64,000 nucleotides of DNA from Ptychomitrium polyphyllum. Lineage: Eukaryota. Within the stretch, counting starts at the first letter, position 1, and every line of letters starts with the position of its first letter. Shown here in pieces: positions 11,590 to 25,746 of this stretch. The notes beneath the pieces were generated by a model. The model was not told the origin of the DNA. It was given only the letters and a program-made list of their open reading frames with translations, and did no database searches. The position numbers and the translations under genes were made by a program. Location: the NCBI GenBank assembly GCA_973851085.1, contig OZ316775.1, forward strand, positions 1,674,001 through 1,738,000. The letters run 5' to 3'.

Positions 11590-14500
11590 ATGATTTAGCC
11601 GGTCAACGATCTCAGAATTCTGGCTGGAATGGTGATGGCATGAGAAAGTGGAGCTCCCTCCATGTATTACCGGCATAACCGGTAATGTAGGTCCATCCAA
11701 AACTACTTTCTACTATACTCCAAGATTTTACTGGTTTGCATTAACCTTTTAAACCGACAAACATTATTGAATAAGGTTTCTGGAAGGAGAAAGGAAAACA
11801 TGGCGTTTAAACATACCACAGTAAATAAATAAATAAAACTTAAAAAATATTCCTAGTAGTCACCTTAGCCCTACCGTTTGTTTTGTTTGATTAGTGAGCA
11901 TCCTTTCACGATTTTACAGTGGGGATGCATGGCAACTGGTTAAAACGTGTTCATATGAAGCCATGTATTCCAATGTAGAGAATTATGAAAATTGGATATA
12001 AGGGATGGACTTACCTTTCATGATCTTGAATGAACCTTATGCAATATAAATATTGGTTACAATTTTATTATGATTCCCTTATGGTTTTTTTATATAGTGA
12101 GAAATTTATCAATGGATTACCATGTTATAGATATCATTTGGAAATTGGACAAGTTTTTTTACAAAAATTTATAAAACCCACTCTTGTGGTGTCTATTTGC
12201 ATAAATATATTTTAAAAGATGCCACAATATTGATAATGTATATTTTCATAAAGGGCCTCTATGAAATTCCATCCATATATTTGAATAATAAAAGTCTAAA
12301 CCAATCTTTAATGATTATGTATGTTCACTTGTAAAAGTGGATGAATTGGTGAGGAATTTTGATGCACACAAATTAAATAAGCAAATAATTGATGTATATT
12401 GAAATACAAAATTCTATTCTAAATAAAAATGAAACGGTGAAAAATGTGAGATCATAATTGAACTATTTTGTGGCATATGAAATAACTTTGTAAGAAAATG
12501 AGATTTTTTAAATTTTTGTTTCATTTTGTATTCATTCAAATGTGCTGTTATTTGATCAACATTAAACTTATGTTATTACACAATTATTAAAACAAATCAA
12601 TACAATACATAATAAATAATATTGATGTGAATTTTTTCACCAATCTTATTTTAAATTTTGGTATGGAGCTAATATAGTTTTATGTGAATATTATAAATAA
12701 AATGTCATGAATATTATATTATTATTTTCAACATAACTTGTTCAAGAATAATTTCTAAAATAATCATGAATTTTTTGTTCAAATTAACCTCTATTCTAAC
12801 ATATTAATATAAACTACATTATATAAATGAGTTTATAATTATTATGATGCAATTTATTTTTAATGCTTTTATTGTATATACATTCAAATGACACCAAAAT
12901 TTAATCATGCAGCTAAAAATAACATGCAATTTTATAAACATTTATTATATTTTTTTAAATTACCTTTAAACTGATCAATGATATTTTCATTGTAAAGTTC
13001 TAAAAATTACACAGGCTACGTGTTTTCTTCAAAAATAGAACATAAATTCTCATTTTCCATAGATTCAAATTTTGGATGAAAAATTAGAATTTTATTGTTT
13101 AAAATAGGTGAAATTTAAAATTTGGATACTTATATTGATTAAAAAATGAAAAACTGAAAATTTGTATCAACTTGAAAATGCATTTTTCCTAAAAGAAACT
13201 AACCTAGCATTAATTTTAAAACCTATTCTGAAAATAGTTTATAAGGTACATAATTCATTTATAAGTACTTACATTTGATAAAGGTTTCAGCTTACAAAAA
13301 GTGATACCTGCATCTTAAACCTTTTCTATAAGAACTGAAATGTCTATATCTATTAATTATTAAACATATAACTCGGTTGAAAAGTTTACTGTAGAGTAAA
13401 TTTTTCTACTAAAAATAAAAAATTTGAATAGATTTTTGAGATTTTATGTATATTTTGGAATTCAAACAAAATGATGGTAGGGCAAATAGAAACATTATAA
13501 ATATTTGCAAAATTTTCACAAATTACATGTGATTTTTCATAATTTTCAAAATTTTACATTATTCTTTCTATCATTTGTATAAGGTATTGAATAATAATAG
13601 ATGAGACTTTCTTAACAGAATTGATCTGCAAATTTTTTTTCTACATAAACTCAAAAAGTGATTAATTCTGAAAAAAATTCAGATTCGTGGCTTTGATGAT
13701 ATTGTTTTAAAATTACAACTTTTTTTCATTAATACTAATATTTTGTTATAAATTTGCAAAATATTTCAAAACTCACTTGTTTATTTAAATATAGTTATCT
13801 TAGCTTAACATATTTATTTTGGTAATATTGATATGATGTTATATCCTTGAAGAGCATATATAATAACAACTCTAAATCCTTTGTATTCAATATTTAACCT
13901 TTTGACAAACTTTTTGCAATTTTTAAATATTTTCTTATATTATATTACGCATTTTTTAGCATTTCACTTTGTTATGGAAGTCAAATGGTCAATTTTTTGT
14001 CTATTATCATAACCACTATGGACCTCATTTGTTTTATAGTATTTATTTAATGTAAATACTTCATAATATTGCTTTACATTTTGATAAATTGATTTTAGAT
14101 TATTTTTATAACTAATACTTTGTTTCTAACCTTAATTAAAATTTAGAATTGCTTTGTTATGTAATGTAGTATTAAAAATCAAGCCATATTTAATAAAAAT
14201 AATATAGTTTAGAGAATTATTCATCTTTTTAATGTGAATTTCATGTTAGTTGGTTTTTTGATGTGCATTAGGATTTCAAAGAAGTATTAAGTGAGAAAAC
14301 TTCTTTGGCTTTAAAGCATTTTTATAATAAATCAAGTTTTGTAAATTGTAATTTAAAAGAGACCTTGTGTAAGGTTTATTTAGAAATGGTCAAAATAATC
14401 ATTTACTAATTTTTCAAATTTCTTTGTATGCTTGTATTATTGAATTCACACTTTGTAAAATGAGAGATGTTGTGATTACTTCTTTATTGATTTTGACAAA

Positions 14501-15190
14501 GAATTTTAGATTTTAACGAGTTTATTTTTGGTTCTTGGTATATTGTTCAATTGTGGAAATATCATAAACGCAATATGAACCATCATATTCAAAATCATAA
14601 AAATTTGAACAAGAAAAGCACATTGTCAAAAATTTCTAGAAACTTATTAAAATCTACAGAAGATTTGTCCAATATTTGGACAATACAATAATATTTTTTG
14701 AAATCCAATATTTATTGTATTATTAAAAAGAAATTAAATTTAAAAGAAGAATTGTGTTTTTATTTAATTAGGCATATACAAATGTAAAGAACTTTTTGCA
14801 ATTAATTTAAGCAACTTCACTTCTTCAAAACAATTTCTATAAATTAGTTTTGGTTTAAGCTTTCATCATTCCTTTCATTCAAATAAGTGCTTTCATTTGG
14901 AAACAATTAGGGTTAGTAGAACCAACTAATTGATAAGTATGGAAGTCCTAAATTTCAATGCTCGGTGATTGAATTGGTGCATGATAGTCACTTAACGTCC
15001 TTCTAAATTAGTCCATTTATGAATTGATTAATTTTTTTCTTTTATAACCTATTAGAATTGGATTACCCACATTCATACAAAATTGACTTGGAATCTAAGC
15101 AAAATTGGCCTGCATGATTTTAGAACGCTTACCAATTCTATATAAGAGCTTAATCTAAGTTGAATTAGAGGCTATTTGTATGCATCTATC

Positions 15191-15224
15191 TAAACCAATG
15201 ATAATGATAAACCAATGATAATGA
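15191..15224. repeat. 17-bp tandem duplication
   Basis: TAAACCAATGATAATGA repeated twice. Confidence 0.9.
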
Positions 15225-15334
15225 TAAGATGAGTGTATGAACGACTAATAGAAAGAATGATAGAAAATGATAGAACGAAGGCTTGTGAGGGGTTTGAGTG
15301 ATATTCAGGCTTCCATCAAGGCCTGGAACTAAGG

Positions 15335-15457
15335 ATTGACAACAAAGACTCCGTGGAAGCCTATCTTCGGAGAAGCATTGACAACAGACACCCCGTGGAA
15401 GCCTATCTTCGGAGAAGCATTGACAACGAAGACCGCGTGGAAGCCTATCTTCGGAGG
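15335..15457 (+). repeat. 42-bp tandem repeat x3, in frame (14-aa unit IDNxxxVEAYLRRS)
   Basis: Units start at 15335, 15377 and 15419. The invariant core CGTGGAAGCCTATCTTCGGAG..ATTGACAAC is separated by variable 8-mers (AAAGACTC, AGACACCC, GAAGACCG). Confidence 0.92.
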
Positions 15458-15579
15458 AAGGGGGGAAGGTTGATCCTTTTATTGGCTAAGTCCACAAGTG
15501 CAATCAGAATCTTGTGTAAAGCTCCTTGCTTGCTGCCTCATCCTTCGCCTGGCCCCCCAATTCTTCGGAAGCCTGTGCC

Positions 15580-16340
15580 TCCATGCAGCAGAAACACCAG
15601 GAGATGGTTTCTATCTCAACTGGGAACAGTTCGTGCAACGTGTTATAGCAATTGTCTGGTGCCAATAGATTGACGTTAGTTGTACTGCCGACTGGTTTCA
15701 CAAAGCAAGAGGGGATCTGGGAACTACAGCGGGCCAGCTTGAAGGTGAAACACATTTGACTAATATGATTGACACCCGATCTTTACGGTGTAACTGAGGT
15801 CTGATCATGAGAAGTAAGAAACGAGCTTGCGGCTTCATCAATGTCGCGCTTTCTAAACTGCAGTGTGATTGGACTCAGCACTCTCCGGAGGAGATGATTG
15901 AGTTTCTGCAGCACTAAAACCAACCGTAGGCTGAAAAGAACCACGAGATAAACACCCCGAGTGGTGTAGACTCCTATGATGTAACAGCCCCACGACAAGC
16001 CATAGACTCGTAAGATCGTATAGCCAGAAGGGGACCTGACGATGATAAGTCTCAACCTGAGTGCCCAATTGAGTCCGAAAAGCTGTCAATAAGTTTAGCC
16101 TAAGCATTGATGGCAACTGGAGCTGGCAATAGTGCCTAGAGCAGACAACTATGGCACTCATTCTTTTTATAAGTTTCTGTAGCAAGAGACCGACCTTGCG
16201 TGGTTCGAATTCGATCCAGAGCATTCCGAGGGATTGTTTTCCCACCATTCTTGTTGTTCCAATTTTCATCGTTTTGGACACACTGTATCAACGAAATTCA
16301 TCCACAAAAGCAACAAAAGCGTTCCCTCGTGAATGTTTCA
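15580..16340 (+). pseudogene. Possible decayed coding sequence of unknown family
   Basis: One + frame reads as protein-like for ~170 codons (GDGFYLNWEQFVQRVIAIV...CGFINVALSKLQCDWTQHSPEEMIEFLQH*NQP*AEKNHE...) with scattered stops; coding-like composition beside AT-rich DNA. Confidence 0.3.
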
Positions 16341-17863
16341 CGAAGTTCACATAGAGGAAGGATCAAGATGCAAGGAAGCAAATATAGTTAAAGTGAGAAT
16401 CTGGCTGCCCCATTCAGCCGCTTTTGGCTTTAGTAAATTGATCGTTTTCTCGAAAGGTCATGCCGTTTTTTAACGCCACAAGGATGGGTCATCGGGGTCA
16501 CATACTAGGTTACGTAAATGTCGAGCTTTGCCAACAAAGTGCATGAAGTTTGGGAACAGTATGAGTTGAATATGTGTCGGATGTTAATATTGTTTTACAG
16601 TCGTGCACTTGAACGTGGGCTTCCTTTGTCTTCGCCGCCGCTCTAGGATGTTGCCAGTGCCAAGACTCTATCTTCCCCTTCCCCGAGGTGCCTCATATGG
16701 TGTTACAGTCCCTCTTGCTTGGGTTTGTTCGCGCGCGCAACGGTCAGTGGCAATGATAGGGGTTTGCTGATCAGGTTCTTCTTGTCGTTCCTTGGGAATG
16801 TGATATCGTACACTATATCTTGCGAAAATTTGACGAAAACTTCAAGCCACGGCGACCTCTGTATGGGGATTAGCGTCAAGTGATCAATGGTGCATCCGGC
16901 TGTTTCAGTGTGGGGCAAGTGTTGCTACGAGTGTTTTCTTGACCAGCAAATCTCGTAGTAGTACTTACAATGGGTGACACAAGTCGGTCGTAGATAGATC
17001 TTTTGTTGTCAGAACTGTCAAAGTATAATGAAACGTTTTGATCTTCACCTTAGTTTGGCTATTGGCCATCTTTTGGTAAAGCTATGCTAGTCGAGCTCTT
17101 GGACTTCTGTCAAAGTTAGTAAGAGGCCGACAGTATTCAGAGATTCACTTGTGTAGCCACTGCATGGAATCGTTTAAAGGAAAGCCCAAGTTCAGATGTG
17201 ATGACAATACTGCTGTTCTTTCGTACAAACAGTTTGAGGAACCATGTTTTCAGTGGCTGTGGTCGCAAAATAAGGCATGGACAGAGAGAGTGCAGGAAGA
17301 TAGTTCACCACACGATGTCGTTGGATATTTTAGTTCCGAAGTGGATACCATGCTCACCGCTCCTGTGGGAGTAGAATTCGTTGAAGTTAGGGAGGAAATT
17401 AACGATGGTGTGTGAAGAACGACTGCAAATATTTATTCCCCTACACTGGTCAGTTCCTTCACCAAATTCTTTTTGAAATCTGACGGCTATTTGAATCCGT
17501 ATCTTCAAGGTCCTAAATTAATTTGATTACACACTGTGTTCAAAAATTGTTACTTCTTCCGTGCACGCGAATGCTTACTCAATGTTATTTTGCTGCATAT
17601 ACTTGAAATATATCCGTGCGACTTAATTTTTATCTCTTCAAGCATTCAACTTTGTCATGTACAAGTATATTACTCTGAGTTTTACAAGTCATTGTCCTAA
17701 GCCATTCTCTACGGTTATCACAGGTACCACTGGTCACGTTGTGCGTGACTGGAAGCCTGTTGAGCTTTGGCGCAGCTTACTGGTGCTATTGACGGAACTG
17801 TTTGTGCTCAATAGAATAAGTGTACCTTCCGAAAGGGCTCATTTTCATTAGGGTGTAGAAAAC

Positions 17864-20800
17864 ATGGATCAATTGAAGGAGACAAAGCACGATGAAGAAG
17901 GGAAGCGACCAGGAATTAGATTCGGCGATATTTCCAAAAGCGTGAGATCCAGGGGTGTGGGTTCATACGGCAGATGGGAACCACCAACAGAGAAACCAGA
18001 GCCCTCTCAACGGCATGATGATTCCGTCGATGAAAGTGAACCTCACGAGCCCAAGGTAGTTCAATTGAACTTGAAGTCGACTCTCATGGGGGTGCACATC
18101 TTGGACGACGATGAGGAGCTTTTTTTTAGTCGACAATCCTCCATGTCGTCGATGCTCTCTGAGAAGTTTCGCTCTAATAAAGCTGTGCCGTTGAAATGGG
18201 AAGCAGAACTTGACAAAGCTGATGAACAGCCGAAGGCTAAGATTGACATAGTAGCGGCGCCGCCTCAGATGCTCCCTCCTAGTATTAGAGGGTCTACTGG
18301 TGTGTTATTCCCGCAGTCTTTTAGTGCATTCAACAATGGTAAACCCCAGCCGAGTGCTTCCAGTAATAGAGGTAATAATGGGTTGCTGTTCTCGCAGCCG
18401 TTCAGTGCATTCACTGATGATAATCCGCAGCCGAGTGCAAGGAGCACAAGAGTTCCTAGTGGTCTGCTCTATCCTTGTCCAAATTCGGGAAGCAGACCTA
18501 ACAGCTGCCAGCTTAATGCAGCGCTTTTCACCTTCGACAACAATCTAATCACTTCGGAGCATGAGGCAAGTTCTAGTGGAGGCGACGATATTGATATCAC
18601 AGAGAGAATATTTAAGAAGCTAGTGGGGCAGTCGAGGTTGCATGATTGTAGCTCCAAGGTGGCGGACTCAAGTGGCAACTTGGACGCTCGTAGCGATTTC
18701 AACACCGGTGGGGATAATTTGAGTGTCTCTCCTGTGAGCACACTAGATGTACCGCAATCACCGACGTCGTCAGAGCGCTCATTCCGTGGCAAGTCGAAGC
18801 GGAAGTCGTTGCGGCGTAGAAGTGAGGACGCCAACTCAATTATTGCTGCGCAAGTAGACCCTATTGATCCCAGTATCCCCCGGCCCAAGAGCCAGCTAGC
18901 TCAGTATCTGATGTCCATTACAGCTTTGACGGAGGACGCCATTGACGACGATGATCTTGAAGGTCCAAGCGAAGTCGCATGGCTGGAACTTGACGACGAC
19001 CAATATCATCCCGATCTTCCAGTAGTGGAAGCATACACCTCCGCACACGGAAAGAAGAAGCCTACTCACGAGCGCTGGTCGTCGAATAGCAGCTCGTGGA
19101 ACCTCTCCCTCGTGCAGAAACCTCTGAGAACAGTCTCGACAATCGTGAGTAGGAGGCAGCACCAACATGCCACTGTCCCGGGTCCTTCTTCCAGGAAAGA
19201 AAACCGTCGAGGCAAAGTGGATGCAATCCTGCCAATCTCATTGACAATGAGCTATGATGGAGGTACGATTCGTTCGAGAACCGTGAGGAAGGGTTCACGA
19301 TCAGAGTTGAATTCTGGGCGAAGTCGGTGGCCGGATCTCGGCTCAGGAAGAAGAAGCTCTGTGTTTCCGTCTTCGGGTCGGTTACACATGGAGGTTGCGG
19401 CAGAGCCGGACGTACACAAACCAGACATGGAGCTAGCGAACAATGGGAAAAGCAGACAGCAGCAGGTATAAATGCCATGCTTTTTGTATAGATTTTCAAA
19501 CTCTGTTCGGACATGCTATTCTAAGTTCCGTTCATATTATAAGATCAACAATTTGACCTATGTTTGAACTTGTGCTAGTTCCGTGAAACTGACTGGGCAT
19601 GTTGCATTGTTGCGAAGGATGCTCGGGCGAAAGTTGATGAGGACGACTTCCCTTTCGACAATCCAGTAGCTTCCTCGTTTGTCTTTCAAGAAGCTGTCAT
19701 GCCTCAGAGCTCATCTGGCGCACGGGGACAATCTGATGGTAGGGCTGCTATGCACAAGGCAGTCAGCTCTGCAATAGATCCCGAGAACGATGAACTTCTA
19801 TTTAGTGATAACTATCATGACCCTGAAGATGGCTCACTTTCAGATAGCGACGGCTCGCGCACCTTCTCCTTAGAAAGAGAGATTCAGAATGGCCTGCTTG
19901 ACCAGCCGCCTCAGTGGGTCTCAACTCGAAGTTTCGATTATGTAAGAGATATGGTTGATGTTGGCAGTGCTCTGGGTGATATGTCTGGGAGAGCCTTGAG
20001 TGGGTTTTTGGAAATGGGAAGATCTGGAAGATTTAGCGTTGACTTGCAGCGTGGACCCAAGTTAGACAAGGTACAGCATCCGCGCACACCTGATGTGAGG
20101 CTGAGGATATTCAAGTCTGAGAAATCGTCGAAACGCTCCATCTTGTCACCTTGCTTGGTACGTTCCAGATGCTTCTCGGAATTTTCACTCACATTTCGTA
20201 CCATATTGTTAAGATGTAGTTCTGTTATGAGTGTCACTGGAATGTCGGAATGTTTAGTCGCCAAAGTTCAGCTCTGTAAGTCACTTCAAGTTTTGAGAGT
20301 TTTATGTGGATAGCCCATTACAGGGTTCTAACAGTAAATGAAATCTGATGGTGTGTATGTTACAGCCTTTTCTTTATAGATCGCACAACAAGCATGTGCC
20401 TAGAATGCAACAAGCACCTTTAGTGGTGGCATCCAGTCGAAAGTTGCAACACATTAACAGCTTCACTTCTCGGCTGGGTCCGGTTGCTTACAGGTCCAAT
20501 AGTACAGTCTCGAAGGACCTTCTCAAGAGGTAATTTTGTTTTTCTCCTCTTTTAATTGACCTCCATATTTAATCCCCACCTCCCCCAACACCTCTAAGGA
20601 CAAGTTTCTCGCTAACGAATCTCGTATCAAGTTGACTTAATGTTAACAAACCACCTGAACGTGATACAACGTTTTTACTTCAAAATGTTGAAACTCCGAT
20701 CATGAGTACGCTAGTGTAGTAACAAGCATGCTTAACATGTCGTTTCGCGACCGTTCACTTAATCTAGTAACCTCTTACAATACAAGGAAGTTACCGGACC

Positions 20801-21289
20801 TTGTACTCGAACATTCCAAGGTAGATCGACGAACTGTACTGTGAAAATATGTTGATGTTCCGACATTTTCGAAAACGATCTGTGAATCTGGCTATTTTCA
20901 GTAAGCGCCGTTGACAGGCTGTGCCTGCTGGAATCAGCTTTGCGTGATACCTGCACTATGTTGGCATTCTAAAAACTTTTATTACTGCTTAGCTTATTAA
21001 TAGAGTAGCGGTACGCTAGCGAAGAACGTCGCTTTAATTTCGTGAACAGGAGTAGCTAGTTGATCTCGCAACTGTACAGCAAGTCCCAAGGAATGAAGAG
21101 ACTTGAAGCATTTGATTGGGACAGCGCATTCATGGTCGTCACTGAATATTCAGCATGAATAACGGCTACTGTATTATGGTTGACGTCAAAATGCTCAATT
21201 GGATTAGAACCCTTTTTCCCAACGCGATGTTTGTTCTTGTTGTGTGCAGGTCAATTAAAGCGGAGGTGAAAGATAAAGATGACTTTTGA
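17864..21289 (+). CDS. Ser-rich, probably disordered protein with a DUF688-like VPxKWE motif; 4 predicted exons
   Basis: 1.6-kb open exon 17864-19465 (CAG|GT), in-frame exon 19618-20157, then probable exons 20366-20529 and 21250-21289 ending ...KDKDDF*. Motifs KAVPLKWE (VPLKWE at 18185-18202) and SPVSTL. The last two exons are less certain. Confidence 0.7.
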
Positions 21290-22194
21290 CGCCTCGGGGT
21301 TTATCATTGGCCATTTCAATACTAGAAATAGCAGAGGGCCTTTGTATCACTAGAGAAAATGCACAAGTTGTACAATAATATTAGTTTCGTTACCTCGTTA
21401 GCCCTCGTTATGTGAGTATGGTAGCTTGGCGCCCGCTTCTACTCCGCCATTCTGGAGTTTTTTGGTGCCCACCGTATCACTCATACACATGTTATTTACT
21501 CAAATACTTAAATTAATAGTTGTAAAGTCACTGGTGAATCCTTTTGTTTTTATTTTAGTGTTGATGGGTACTGAATTGGAGTTTCCTGTGCTTTGTTGAA
21601 ATAATAGATTTGTTTTCGTATTCCTGCTTCAAGCCCTGCCGAGACTTCATACCTTCAGTGCCATCCGAACATGAGAAGCTCTATCTGAAGTATTTTGATT
21701 TCGAATTAACATTGTGGATTTCACATACATGAACTAGTGTCTAGATATTCCCTCACAGCAGCACACTGTACTGTAGTGCAAGCACTTAAGTGGTCACTTA
21801 AATGATCGCACACAACATCTGGGGAAGCACTAGTAACTGGATGCGCGGTGCAGGATTTGCGGCCTTTCAGCCCGCCATTATTCCTTTACAGGAGTTAGTT
21901 CAGCTTAGTCCAATTTGGTATTTCGTACACATGCCTTTACATAACAATTAGAATCAATACAGAGACGGTGCCACGTGATAAATTGCAAAAGATCTACTCA
22001 CCTACAACTCTTACCGACAAACCTATTTACTCCTGTTAGCATATTTTGTCCAATGCATACATGCCTGCACAAGTAGGCACAACAAAACTGAGACATATGA
22101 AAATTGACCGAAGATTGTGTCCATCTGCTCTAAATGTGTATTATATTGTATTAGACACGATCTTATTCCCACATAAAATCTTAGCAGAATAGGT

Positions 22195-22635
22195 TACTCG
22201 ACCTTGCCTCAGGATTGATACGTTTTTCTTCGCTTTTGTCCAACAGATTATTAAATTCGTGAATAAGTCTCTATCATCAGGTCCAATCAGATTGTCGGAT
22301 AAGTTCATCAGATGTTCTGTTTATCCTGCAATAGGCGTCTCTTTCCTCTTTATCCGGAAAGCTTATATTGCCCAAATAACTTGCCTGAATTTCGTAGCTC
22401 AACAACAAGGTTTGTTGCAGTTCGTCTTGAACGACCTAGGCCTTCAAGATTGTCCTGCTATGTACTAAGATTGTAAATGAGAACTTTTCAGCAATCATCA
22501 GGATTTTATCACTAGCTGAAGGTGCTGAGGATTGGGGCTGATCGACCGTTTATGGCAGCTTCAATGGCCGCAGTATCCATGATGTGAAGCTCAAGGCGAG
22601 CTGAGGGAGCGATAACTGTCCTTAACGAGACCTGA
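22195..22635 (-). pseudogene. Possible decayed coding remnant
   Basis: After a CAG acceptor the minus strand reads MDTAAIEAAI, then after a frameshift ...DKILMIAEKFSFTILVHSRTILKA*VVQDELQQTLLLSYEIQ...RLIHEFNNLLDKSEEKRINPEA, with stops; no family recognised. Confidence 0.25.
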
Positions 22636-24877
22636 AGGCATTTCTAAGTGACTCTCATTGGTTCACAGCTCCAAGGCAAGATGATTTACAAGAACGAGCC
22701 GACAGGATACTTCGAAGAGTACTTCGTCAAAATTGTGCAAAGGTGCCACAACGAAGGCTTCAGGCAATTCCAGGGAACGGTTCCATCGTTGGAAGTGACT
22801 CCATGCCGCAAGAAGATGACTTCTGGCGCATGAGATCATAATTTGAGTTACAAGTTCGACTCAGGAGCTACCACTAGTATTAATTTGTCACACTAATTTG
22901 CCTTTATAGCAAGGCTTACATAAGATACTCGTATTGTACACTAGTTACAGATATGGTTTTGTAACACAAGCACAACGGAAACATAATGTCAATGAAGCCA
23001 ATTCTCAACGTTCTGGCAGGTTTAGCATTGGTTTAGCAGGATGGTTGTTTTTAGAATCTTGGCTTGTTTGCTATACTTCCCTTTAAAAGGCACCAAGTAA
23101 CTCAAGAACAACTTGCAATCAAGAGCAATTTGTAATGGCAAGTGCAATTCGTTTTACAGATCTAAATATTAGATGCATCTTGGTGAAGACAAGTTCTTAT
23201 ATAATATAGAATTATATGTTTCAAATTTGCTATATTGACTTTTGGTTAAGTAACAGGAAATAGTTATAAAGTCATGAAATACAATTCCATCACAACATTT
23301 ACTTTCTTAATGCCATATTTTGAATGTCTTTTTTAACCTCATTACTTTGATCATTTTTCTATACTTTGGTCATATCTTTGCATTTTGTAGAGAAGGAAAT
23401 GAAAAGGGGAAAAAAACCAAATAAGTTTCCAAATATTTAATATCCAAAACAAATACATGTTCAAAGTTTTCACTTCAATACAAAAACATTATAATTTTTG
23501 ATTGTATTGGTAACATATGATTATCAAAGTGTGTGTTGTGTATTTATAAAATTTATCAAAATAGAACTTAATAGTCACTTATAAATCTTGTAACTTTATT
23601 TATAAATTATTGAATCATATAGTTTATAGTACTCCAAAAGAAGAATTTTAATAAAATAAAGAGATACTGTTAATTGGCTAAATAATAAATCATATTAATG
23701 ATGGATAATTATTAAAATTTACAAATATTACTTTTGTTGATTTCAAATATTTATAAAAAAAAATTCTACTCAAGAACAAACTTTTTGTGAATTTTATAAA
23801 AATTTCACACTGTGTCATATGGAAATAATTTAGATATAATTTTGTCTCTCAAAAAAAGCCAAATATTTTTTTGTCACATATTGTAGATTGTGATAAGTTG
23901 TTGACAAATCATTTGAATACATTCAGTAAAGCAATTGCTTCAATGTTCCTTGGGTATCACAAGGGTATCACATGGATATTTGTATCAACATCACAACAGC
24001 ACCATTAACATTAATATCACCAAGTCTTCACATGCAAGCATCATAATTCATTCTTCCAAGATAATTACTTAATCATCATTTTTGTATTACATATAAGTAT
24101 CACATCATTATCAACTTCTTACCTTTAGATTTATTCTTTATTAATAAAAAAAGCACCAAAATGGAACAATAATAGATATGAGTCCATGGAATAGGAGTAT
24201 TGTTTTCATTTTCCAATTTTAGCAAAATTGGCAACAAATTGTAATGAACAATATTGTAATACCATTCTATTTTTTTCAAGTATTATATATTATTAAACAC
24301 TGTATATAAGTTTTTACTATGATAGAAGTGCAATAGTGTTGCAAGATCATGTTCCCAAAAATGCTATATACTATAAAAACTTCTTAATTTGTTGCAATTT
24401 TCTTTCAAAACATGGTAGAAATTTCATTAATTTCTACAAAATTAGAGCAAGCTATATTTTAATCAATATCCAACAATGTTCAACAAAAGCAGTAGCATTA
24501 GTCATTATTCCTACTTTTTGGTCAATAATTAGTTACTATTGAATGATGTAGACATGATCCTCAAGTATTGTTAAGTTTTTTTGCAGTAAAAAATAATAAT
24601 ATTGATATGTTGTAATTTTCTTATGTGAAAAAATGGAAGAATTTGTATATATATATATGGAAGAAATATCCTTAAAATCTTCTTTTTAATTCACCAAAAT
24701 GTGACACGTGCTCACAACTACCATATTTGAAAAAGGTATAATATGATGTACCCACTTGCAATCAAGAACATCATTGGGGGAGAATCAAGGAAACGAGGGA
24801 ACGCTCTCGACGCTGCTCGGAACGAGGCCGTTCCCATGGTCCCCCTAGTTCTCGTGGTTCCCATCCCAAAAGCGTGA

Positions 24878-25746
<869 letters not shown>

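Noticed and set aside
15335..15457. CRISPR-like look of constant repeats with variable spacers
   Set aside because: Spacers are only 8 nt, there are three units, no cas genes, and the context is eukaryotic; the period is a multiple of 3.
17149..17415. 88-aa ORF upstream of the DUF688-like gene
   Set aside because: No recognisable motif or splice linkage; may be leader or intron sequence.
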